Shown here: positions 1 to 7,211 of the stretch, piece by piece
Numbering within the stretch: position 1 is the first letter of the stretch
How the letters are laid out: each line of letters begins with the position of its first letter
DNA from: Bacteroidota bacterium
Lineage (GTDB): Bacteria > Bacteroidota > Bacteroidia > NS11-12g > UBA955
Length of the DNA stretch: 41,586 nt
Reading direction: 5' to 3'
Assembly (NCBI GenBank): GCA_947451105.1
Contig: CANFXY010000004.1
Location: forward strand, 1-41,586
Position numbers and translations under genes: made by a program
The notes under the pieces: generated by a model
What the model saw: the letters and a program-made list of their open reading frames with translations, nothing else
What the model was told of the DNA's origin: nothing
The model's database searches: none

Positions 1-225
1 CAACCTCGCATCATGAATTCTATACTCAAAGGCATAATATTCGCCTAGCTCAGAATCCTGTTCTTGGTTATTAAATCCAAACCTATATTTACTCGTATCT
101 GCACCATCAGAGTAGGCGTATTGGAGCTCTGGAATAGAACTGCCGAAGGTAGAACTATACAAATTGCTTCTTTTTATAGAAGGGCTTTGTTTGGGGACAC
201 TTGCAAAGTTTGCAGATTTGTACAT
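1..225 (-). CDS. Partial Rhs-core cassette protein (runs off the left edge of the window); paralog of 1189..2232
   Basis: Not in the ORF track. Hand translation from ATG 225 gives MYKSANFASVPKQSPSIKRSNLYSSTFGSSIPELQYAYSDGADTSKYRFGFNNQEQDSELGEYYAFEYRIHDARL..., colinear with the N-terminus of the 347-aa ORF. Confidence 0.85.
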   Translation of the reverse strand, partial: MYKSANFASVPKQSPSIKRSNLYSSTFGSSIPELQYAYSDGADTSKYRFGFNNQEQDSELGEYYAFEYRIHDARL

Positions 226-276
226 CTAATGGCTAGCTTTGAATCAAAAATAATAGGTAATTATGACAAAAGCAAA
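209..276. promoter_or_regulatory. Overlapping divergent Bacteroidota sigma-A promoter pair (copy A)
   Basis: Plus strand: TTTG 209-212, 21-nt spacer, TAGCTTTG 234-241. Minus strand: TTTG (caaa 273-276), 20-nt spacer, TATTTTTG (caaaaata 245-252). Confidence 0.7.
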
Positions 277-292
277 CCACTTACTCCCCATT
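263..292 (+). pseudogene. Stub of tyrosine integrase 5' end (about 10 codons)
   Basis: Reads MTKANHLLPI versus MTKTNQLIPL at 2270; similarity is lost after about position 292. Confidence 0.7.
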
Positions 293-491
293 AACTATTT
301 TGTTTTAAATTGGGTAGTTTATGCATATGGCGTAAGATTATCTACAAATACAAATCTAAAACATTGTTGCTTGAAATTTTGAAACAAAATTGCATAATAC
401 TCTAATTGAATCATTTTGGCCTGAGTTACTTAGCCAATGATCATAATTTAGATAATTAATAAAATCTATATATTCATTTTCAAAAAAAGTC

Positions 492-1175
492 TTACTCTTT
501 AATTATCCTCATTATTCCATTGTTTGCATTTAGTTCGTATACGACAGGTTTCTCATAAGTTAAAAATTGATAGTACTTTTTCAATTCGCCCCCATCTTTT
601 ATTAATAAAACTTCAACTTTAATAGCTTCATTTTTCCTAAAATAAACTGGCTCGCTGTAATCTGAGAGTTTGTATTTTAAATAATTATATTCATAAAAAA
701 GTTGATCAACAATAGAATCATTAAAATACTTTGTGACATTTACTTTCATTAAATCTACCCCTTGATCACCAATTTTATTATTGAATGTTACTCGAAATCG
801 AGAATGATAATTGACAATGTAAGTGGTGTCATTATTTTTAAAGTCAAAGTAAAATCTTTGAAATCCTTCTGTGCTTTTATCACTATAACAAACTTGGAAT
901 TTTTTTAAAAAGTTTTTGTCCAAATTCTTCTTAGAAATATGTATAACCCCATGCCTATCTGGGGAAAATTGTATCCCTTTTTTTAAATCTTCTTCATTTG
1001 GATAAATTTCATTGTATTCAATAATTTTACAGCAATATTCTTTTAAGATCTTAAAATCGTCATGGTTTAAAAATTTCATAGAAATCGTATCACTGTTATA
1101 CTTTTGTATGTTTACAGCAACTTTTTTTTCTCCGGCATTACAAGCGGATAGGATTATCAAAAATATATATTTCAT
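492..1175 (-). CDS. Putative lipoprotein; candidate immunity/partner of the upstream Rhs-CT
   Basis: Lipoprotein-like signal MKYIFLIILSAC; starts 13 nt after the Rhs-CT stop; very AT-rich. Confidence 0.7.
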   Translation of the reverse strand: MKYIFLIILSACNAGEKKVAVNIQKYNSDTISMKFLNHDDFKILKEYCCKIIEYNEIYPNEEDLKKGIQFSPDRHGVIHISKKNLDKNFLKKFQVCYSDKSTEGFQRFYFDFKNNDTTYIVNYHSRFRVTFNNKIGDQGVDLMKVNVTKYFNDSIVDQLFYEYNYLKYKLSDYSEPVYFRKNEAIKVEVLLIKDGGELKKYYQFLTYEKPVVYELNANNGIMRIIKE

Positions 1176-1188
1176 TTTTTATAGTTTT

Positions 1189-2232
1189 TTACTTCACTAT
1201 ATAATCATCCATACTAATTTCTTTGCCAATTATTGTCTCTTTGACTTCATAAGTAATAATCTCTTTTGTAATTGTTTTTTTTACTTTATCATCCTTCCAT
1301 ATTTCCCACCAACTTTTTTCTGGATTTTTAACCCATATCTCTTCCGTTACTGTAGTAACAACCTTTACTTTTGTTAATTTCACAAAATTACCTTCGCCTA
1401 CGATTTTGAATTTTCCATTTGCATTTTTTGGATCAATCATTGCCATTGTGCCAGTTGCTGCAATTACAGTGGCACCGGTTTCTAAACACAATTCTTTGGC
1501 AAATGAATTCCCAATGACATATGCACCTGAATTTGCAGTGTTACATGCATTTAAAAAAAATGTTGTATTGGATGTAAACTTTATCAACCCCGATTGTAAA
1601 TTTTCTTTAAGTAATAAAATAGTTTGAGTGTAAAAACCTTTTTGATCTTGCATCAATAATCCTGAAGCATCTCCATGCCCAAAATAGGCAATGTATGAGA
1701 TTGAACCATTATTTTTAGTTTCATTAATCAGAGTAGCTATTATTTCTTGAGCTGTCGTTACTTGACTATAATTAAACCCAAATAATTTACTAATTCTTTG
1801 ACCTTGTTTTTTAAACATTTTTACATTAGTAGCACTGTAATGATTATTGCCAGGGGTATTATATAGCTCAATTGGAACACTTCCAGATAATGCAACTTTT
1901 TCTAGACCTTCCAAATCTATACATCTAACTACATCATTTTCAGCAAAAGCATAAGTACTATTCCAGGAATATTCCATACTCAAAGGATCTACACTCAAAA
2001 ATCTCCCCAACCTCGCATCATGAATTCTATACTCAAAGGCATAGTATTCGCCCAATTCTGCATCTTGTTCTTGATTATTAAACCCAAACCTATATTTACT
2101 CGTATCTGCCCCGTCAGAGTAAGCATATTGGAGCTCTGGAATAGAACTGCCGAAGGGAGGGTAATACAAAGTTGTCCGTTTCGATGAAGTGCTTGGTTTT
2201 AGTGTACTTACAAAATTTGCAATTTTGAACAT
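1189..2232 (-). CDS. Rhs repeat-associated core protein with C-terminal His/Cys (clan CD/DUF4347-like) domain
   Basis: YYPPFG, KYRFGFNNQE, RIHDARLGRFLSVDPL, YAFAENDVVRCIDLEG (DxxG-type boundary). The CT has IAYFGHG...FFLNACNTA. No YD-repeat shell. Confidence 0.85.
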   Translation of the reverse strand: MFKIANFVSTLKPSTSSKRTTLYYPPFGSSIPELQYAYSDGADTSKYRFGFNNQEQDAELGEYYAFEYRIHDARLGRFLSVDPLSMEYSWNSTYAFAENDVVRCIDLEGLEKVALSGSVPIELYNTPGNNHYSATNVKMFKKQGQRISKLFGFNYSQVTTAQEIIATLINETKNNGSISYIAYFGHGDASGLLMQDQKGFYTQTILLLKENLQSGLIKFTSNTTFFLNACNTANSGAYVIGNSFAKELCLETGATVIAATGTMAMIDPKNANGKFKIVGEGNFVKLTKVKVVTTVTEEIWVKNPEKSWWEIWKDDKVKKTITKEIITYEVKETIIGKEISMDDYIVK

Positions 2233-2299
2233 CTTTGGGCTAGCTTTGACTCAAAAATAATATGTAAATATGACAAAAACAAACCAATTAATCCCTCTT
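2008..2299. repeat. Direct repeat copy B
   Basis: See copy A; constant 2007-nt offset. Confidence 0.92.
2216..2283. promoter_or_regulatory. Overlapping divergent sigma-A promoter pair: integrase promoter (+) and cassette promoter (-)
   Basis: Plus strand: TTTG 2216-2219, 21 nt, TAGCTTTG 2241-2248, ATG 2270. Minus strand: TTTG (caaa 2280-2283, inside the integrase CDS), 20 nt, TATTTTTG (2252-2259), ATG 2232. Confidence 0.72.
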
Positions 2300-3316
2300 A
2301 CTCAATTGTATCAAAAGTATGTAGATGAAACCACAAAGGGAAAAAGATTACAGAAAAACGGCAAAATAGTTAACCAATCTACAATAAGGTCATATAATGT
2401 TTTATTGAATAATATTAAATTGTATGAATCTAATTCAAAAGAAACTTTCGTTATTAATGTTAACTACAAATACAGTAAGAGACTGTTTGATTTAGAAAAA
2501 AGAAAATATCATAAGTTTTATATAAAATTTACTGACTTTCTTTATCAAAAAGGATGCACAGATAACTATGTAGGAATTTTGATTAAATATCTCCGTTCAT
2601 TTTTTAATTACTTGAACGAAAACAAAGGTTATAATACAGGCTTATTTTACAAAGAATTCTATATTAGAAAAGAAGAAATACCTGTTATTGTTTTAAATAT
2701 GATGCAGCTAAAACTTTTAATTTCAAATCGAGAATTCGAATCTAAATTACCAAAGCATCTTATGACAACTAAAGACTTATTTGTTTTTGGGTGTACAGTC
2801 GGGCTAAGATTTTCTGATTTGATTTCACTTAAGAAGAAAAATCTAATCATAGATGAAAACAAATACTATATTGTGTCACGCTCATTAAAAACCTCTACAG
2901 ATACTAGAATCAAATTACCCGAATATGCGAGAGATATATTAATCAAATACAAAACTAATCCTAAAAATCTACTTCCCACTATTTCACTAAACCAATTCAA
3001 TAAAAACCTAAAAGATATTGGTCTTATTGCGGGATGGACTTATGAAGTTGGAAAAGAAAGGTGTCGCAGAGGAGTCAGGAAGGAAATTAAAAATAATGGT
3101 AAGACCTACCGATTTTGTGACTTAATATCAAGTCATATCATGAGAAGAACTGCAATAACAACATTATTAATCCATGGCATGCCTGAGCCATTGGTGAGAA
3201 AGATCTCTGGCCATGCTCCGGGTAGCAAAGAATTTTACAAATACGTCCAATATTCTGAATCTTTTCTCGATAAAGAAACGGATAGAGTTTTTGATCTTGT
3301 GATGAGTATATATTGA
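2270..3316 (+). CDS. Tyrosine-type recombinase/integrase
   Basis: Catalytic set visible: GLRFSDL (R), LKTS (K), SHIMRRT (HxxR), ISGH (H), FYKYV (Y). Confidence 0.93.
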   Translation: MTKTNQLIPLTQLYQKYVDETTKGKRLQKNGKIVNQSTIRSYNVLLNNIKLYESNSKETFVINVNYKYSKRLFDLEKRKYHKFYIKFTDFLYQKGCTDNYVGILIKYLRSFFNYLNENKGYNTGLFYKEFYIRKEEIPVIVLNMMQLKLLISNREFESKLPKHLMTTKDLFVFGCTVGLRFSDLISLKKKNLIIDENKYYIVSRSLKTSTDTRIKLPEYARDILIKYKTNPKNLLPTISLNQFNKNLKDIGLIAGWTYEVGKERCRRGVRKEIKNNGKTYRFCDLISSHIMRRTAITTLLIHGMPEPLVRKISGHAPGSKEFYKYVQYSESFLDKETDRVFDLVMSIY

Positions 3317-3374
3317 ACTTTTTTCTTGCATAAATCTAACAAATCGGTTTAATTTGAATAAAATAAACTAAACT

Positions 3375-5762
3375 ATGCGACAGTTGCTTTTATTTGCTTT
3401 TATTAGTAGTGCAACTTTAATTCATGCTCAAATTATAACGAAGTCAATTCCAATAATTGATACTTCTACGAATAGGATCAAAGTTTTAGGCTTTAAAAGC
3501 ACCCCATTTGACACCTCAAGCCTCTTTAATAAGAATTCTAAATTCAAGCAAAGAACCCACCAATTCGCTGACTCGCAAATTTTAGAAAAGCAAAAAAGCA
3601 AAGTTAGAATTACAACTGAAGCTCAAAACACCTTTGGGTTAAATAAAAAAAGAGAATTTCTAGAAAAAATAAAGGCAAAAATCCCACCCAAAGAGAACCT
3701 CTTTAAATTCTCATTGCAATTGCGTTCAGAATCTTTTGCAACCAATGCTCAGAATCCAATGCAAAGAAATGAGTTGATGTATAGCAGATTGTATGTCAGT
3801 CCGAAGTTTACATTGCTAGGATTGCCATTTACATCAAATTTGTTCTATACCACTGAGTCTAATAATACCTATAAGAATAACTATTTTGCATTTAGACTGG
3901 ATGTCAATAGTCTCAGACAATCGGCTGCAGAGCAAATGCAAAAAGAGATTGATGAAATAAACAAATTAGACAGATTACGTCAATTAGATATCAATGCTAA
4001 ATCGATCGAGTCAGATAAAATCAATCAGCAATTAGAATTGCTTAAAAAACAAGTGCCTGATTACGACAATTGGCAACAAACATTAAAGCAAGAGGCTGAA
4101 AGAAAGGTTAACGAGAAACTAGAATGCGAGAAAAAGGCATTAGAAGAAAAACTCAAAACCGCATCAGAAAATGAGAAAGAAAAATTGATACAGGCTTATG
4201 AGCACAAGAAAGACTCAATGGTGTCGACTATTAAGCAGTCAATAAATGATTCTATAAATGATTTAAAGGTTAAAACGAGAAAACAGGTTGATACTTCTAA
4301 ATTAAATAAGTTACTGGCACTAGAAGAACAATATAAGACTCTACAAAAGCAAAAAGAAAAACTAGAACTTCTGCGCAAAGCTGATACGACTGGTATGGCT
4401 TCTAAAATTGCAGGAATTCGGAATCCTAAAAATATAAGAGATCAAATGAAGTCTGGTATGCCAAATCAAGGTCTTTTGAAAAGTGTCTTGGCAGTTGATA
4501 GGTTTGGTATTGGTTTGACTGGTGCCATGTATACGGATTTTACTTTAAGTAACATGTCATTGAAAGGAGTTGATATTGGAGTCAGTAAGAAAAAGTACTT
4601 TTGGGATGCAACAATTGGAAAAACAACTAAGCAATTCTTATTGCCTTTTTCTACAAGTAAAATAGTATATAATCGACCCACAGGCGCACTCCGATTTGGA
4701 ATAGGTTCCAGGAGTTCAGATTTTGTAGCACTCACTTATTTTTCTGCATTTGATTTAAATACAATTGATTCATTCTCCCCCAATGTAAATAATTCGGTAT
4801 TGAGTATTGGGGGTAAACTTAGTTTATTAAAAGGATTGGCAGTTGAAGGAGAATGGGCCCAAAGCCAATACAAAGAACATTATCACTATAAGGTTATTAC
4901 CACAAATACGTCAAACAATATATCAGCGAATGGCACCATGTCATATCAATTAAAAGCTGTTCAACAGGCTGGCAAAAATACAAAGTTTGAAATACAAACA
5001 CGTCAAGTGGGAGCAGCGTTTAGGACAATAGGAAACCCGTTTTTAAGGAGAAACTTTAGAGAACTTGAGTCAAAAGTTGAGCAATTGTTTTTTAAGCAGA
5101 AAATTAAATTTTCAGCAAGTTACAAAGAAATGCGAGACAACCTTAATGAGTTAAATATCACTACCAACAGAATAAAGGGCTATGGATTGAAACTAAATAC
5201 CTCTTTTGACAAATACCCAAACTTGATGTTAAGTTATAGTCCGTATATCCAAGGGAACAACCACCCGGATAGTTTATATAGAACCAATAATCAATTTTCA
5301 ATAACTACGGCAACAATAAACTATAAAAAGAGGTATAAAATTTACAATTGGGTTGGATTGGTCAATTACACAAAATCAACCATGGAAATTGGAGATAAAG
5401 GGCAAGTAGCATATAAAAACATAAGTACCACCCATTCGATTCAAGTTGGTCAAAGACATAACATGCTCTTGTCTTTTTTTAGAAACATTACTGCACCATT
5501 TGTCGATTCTTTAAATTCAAATTCAGTTCAAGTAAGTTATAATTATCTTGCTAAAAAAGGGCTATCAATTGGCCTGCAAACTGATTATTTAAAATACAAG
5601 AACAATGCATTCAAGCAAGGTGTTGGAATAGTTGCAACATCTACAATTTTAAAGAATCTTTCAATTTCAGGTATTGTGCGATATGACAAAATCGATGGAT
5701 TGTGGAAGTTGGAAAATAAAAATGTTTTTACAGGGAAAATGGTTTTGGTGTGGAGGTGGTAG
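3375..5762 (+). CDS. Secreted/outer-membrane beta-barrel-like protein with a coiled-coil insertion
   Basis: Signal peptide MRQLLLFAFISSATLIHA-Q; E/K/Q-rich helical middle; amphipathic strands; terminal aromatic residue (LVWRW). Confidence 0.65.
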   Translation: MRQLLLFAFISSATLIHAQIITKSIPIIDTSTNRIKVLGFKSTPFDTSSLFNKNSKFKQRTHQFADSQILEKQKSKVRITTEAQNTFGLNKKREFLEKIKAKIPPKENLFKFSLQLRSESFATNAQNPMQRNELMYSRLYVSPKFTLLGLPFTSNLFYTTESNNTYKNNYFAFRLDVNSLRQSAAEQMQKEIDEINKLDRLRQLDINAKSIESDKINQQLELLKKQVPDYDNWQQTLKQEAERKVNEKLECEKKALEEKLKTASENEKEKLIQAYEHKKDSMVSTIKQSINDSINDLKVKTRKQVDTSKLNKLLALEEQYKTLQKQKEKLELLRKADTTGMASKIAGIRNPKNIRDQMKSGMPNQGLLKSVLAVDRFGIGLTGAMYTDFTLSNMSLKGVDIGVSKKKYFWDATIGKTTKQFLLPFSTSKIVYNRPTGALRFGIGSRSSDFVALTYFSAFDLNTIDSFSPNVNNSVLSIGGKLSLLKGLAVEGEWAQSQYKEHYHYKVITTNTSNNISANGTMSYQLKAVQQAGKNTKFEIQTRQVGAAFRTIGNPFLRRNFRELESKVEQLFFKQKIKFSASYKEMRDNLNELNITTNRIKGYGLKLNTSFDKYPNLMLSYSPYIQGNNHPDSLYRTNNQFSITTATINYKKRYKIYNWVGLVNYTKSTMEIGDKGQVAYKNISTTHSIQVGQRHNMLLSFFRNITAPFVDSLNSNSVQVSYNYLAKKGLSIGLQTDYLKYKNNAFKQGVGIVATSTILKNLSISGIVRYDKIDGLWKLENKNVFTGKMVLVWRW

Positions 5763-6119
5763 TATTAATAAGGTTTAAGAATTGCTTTTATAAATTCTAG
5801 TTTTCATTTCATTTAACAATAAGTAAGATGAGTATATTTATTCATGAAATGTGCTTTTTTAAAATACGATTCTATAAAAACAAAATGCATACCTCAATTG
5901 GTGGTATTTCATAATCAAATAAACCAAAATGACGATTGCATTATTGAATATACTTTTACATTCCAATGTTGAAGTACTTTACCGGTTTGTACATGATAAT
6001 CATCAAATTGAATTAATTGACGAATCTTTAAAAATGAAAAGAAATATTTAAAATTTACCTAAATAAGTACATTTATATTACAAACTAGTCATCAATTTTG
6101 AACTTAAAATATCAATCAC

Positions 6120-6174
6120 TTTTAGAGGGGCAATTTGGACTGAATTTAGAGGGTCGGTTTGGGGTAATTATGCA
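6120..6174. mobile_element. Isolated IS21-like terminal sequence
   Basis: Two related units 24 nt apart (tttagaggggcaatttgg 6121; tttagagggtcggtttgg 6145) ending in TGCA at 6174, resembling the multiple-repeat ends of IS21 elements. No istA/istB present. Confidence 0.4.
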
Positions 6175-6388
6175 ATATAGCCAAGATCTCGCATCCATCT
6201 TAATAATCGACCGTGGTCAGACTTACCAGTATACTTTCTCCAAATATAATCCTTGCTCGAACCACTGGATAAATTATCCTTAATAACTTCATTCTTGTCT
6301 TGGCCAGTAAAATATCTGACTGATTTGGGTATTATATTTTTTCTTCATATTTACTTTTTTTTGTGTAAACCTATTTTAGGACAAGACA
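6175..6388 (-). pseudogene. IS3-family left end with frameshifted, truncated orfA remnant
   Basis: Terminal sequence TGTCTTGTCCTAAAATAGGTTTACAC from 6388. A minus frame reads RYFTGQDKNEVIKDNLSSGSSKDYIWRKYTGKSDHGRLLRWMRDLGY (HTH OrfA-like), out of frame with ATG 6348 and ending at the IS21-like end. Confidence 0.55.
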
Positions 6389-6494
6389 ATCGGCAGCGAG
6401 GGTCAAATAAAAAAAGCAAAAATATTATGTTTGTTTTAACTTTACTAGGTCTGTTTGACCTTAATTTCAGAAGTAAAGAAATGCTAATTTCTGT

Positions 6495-7208
6495 TTATAA
6501 TATTAAATCAAATAATTTATAGTAAAAAATATCAAGATATAATGAATTTCCTATGGATCTTTTGTAACTTTTATTTTCCTCATTAGGAGGATTTGTCCCA
6601 ATATACTTACTTCCAAAATAATATTTAAAAACGGGAATAAAGCTGCAGCTATCATAATCTATATAATACAAATAATTATATGCTTTTTTGGGAGATGATT
6701 TTAATTCAAGCTTACCTATATCTCCATTTAAAATCTTAATTTTCAAATCATCAATATTCAACAATTCAATTCTATTCTCGAAAAACAACGGGTACATTTC
6801 ATTATTTTTATTAATCTCGATAGCTTTATGTAAAACGCACTTTTCTAATCCTTTTTTAAATATAATCATCCTTACAAGCTCCCCAAATTTGTAGGTGCAA
6901 AATAACATTGTAGAGTCTTCATGATAAATATATTTGTTATTATTGTTCTCTATGACATAATCTTCAAACAATAACTCAGCTTCTTTTTTATAAAAAAATT
7001 GGTATTTATATTCTTTTGAATTATGAAATACAAGATTGATTTTTACTGGGTAACAATTTTCGTTTATTGCAGTGTCAGTTGGCTCCAACAGGAATGTGTT
7101 AAAATAATTAGAAGATTTATTCATACTAGTTTTAACTTGACAAAAGCTAAAAACAAAAATACTAAAAAAGAATATATTTATTTTCATATAATTTTGGAAT
7201 TTATTCAA
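6495..7208 (-). CDS. Putative lipoprotein/exported protein; candidate immunity/partner of the fused Rhs-CT
   Basis: Starts 3 nt after the stop of 7212..11426; MKINIFFFSIFVFSFC lipoprotein-like signal (alternative start 7187). Confidence 0.7.
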   Translation of the reverse strand: MNKFQNYMKINIFFFSIFVFSFCQVKTSMNKSSNYFNTFLLEPTDTAINENCYPVKINLVFHNSKEYKYQFFYKKEAELLFEDYVIENNNNKYIYHEDSTMLFCTYKFGELVRMIIFKKGLEKCVLHKAIEINKNNEMYPLFFENRIELLNIDDLKIKILNGDIGKLELKSSPKKAYNYLYYIDYDSCSFIPVFKYYFGSKYIGTNPPNEENKSYKRSIGNSLYLDIFYYKLFDLIL

Positions 7209-7211
7209 TAA

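Larger units (their letters stand above)
1..292. repeat. Direct repeat copy A (Rhs-core start + leader + divergent promoters + integrase 5' end)
   Basis: Colinear with 2008..2299 at a constant offset of 2007 nt: ccga 143/2150, CAT 223/2230, TAGCTTTG 234/2241, ATG 263/2270. Confidence 0.92.
143..2153 (-). mobile_element. Putative non-autonomous cassette unit (2007 bp): Rhs-CT + lipoprotein + integrase stub/promoters
   Basis: Bounded by repeat copies A and B; shares its end structure with the integrase-bearing unit but lacks the integrase body. Mobility is inferred. Confidence 0.5.

Noticed and set aside
64-294. 76-aa plus-strand ORF
   Set aside because: Antisense shadow of the Rhs-core CDS at 1..225, which has a clear paralog.
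1012-1627. Plus-strand ORFs 1012..1377 and 1406..1627
   Set aside because: Antisense to well-supported genes, with biased composition. The same applies to the many short shadow ORFs inside the STAND, TPR, LRR, PKD and dctA genes.
6098-6522. ORFs 6098..6283 and 6253..6522
   Set aside because: They overlap IS remnants that are better explained on the opposite strand; TTG starts and no motifs.
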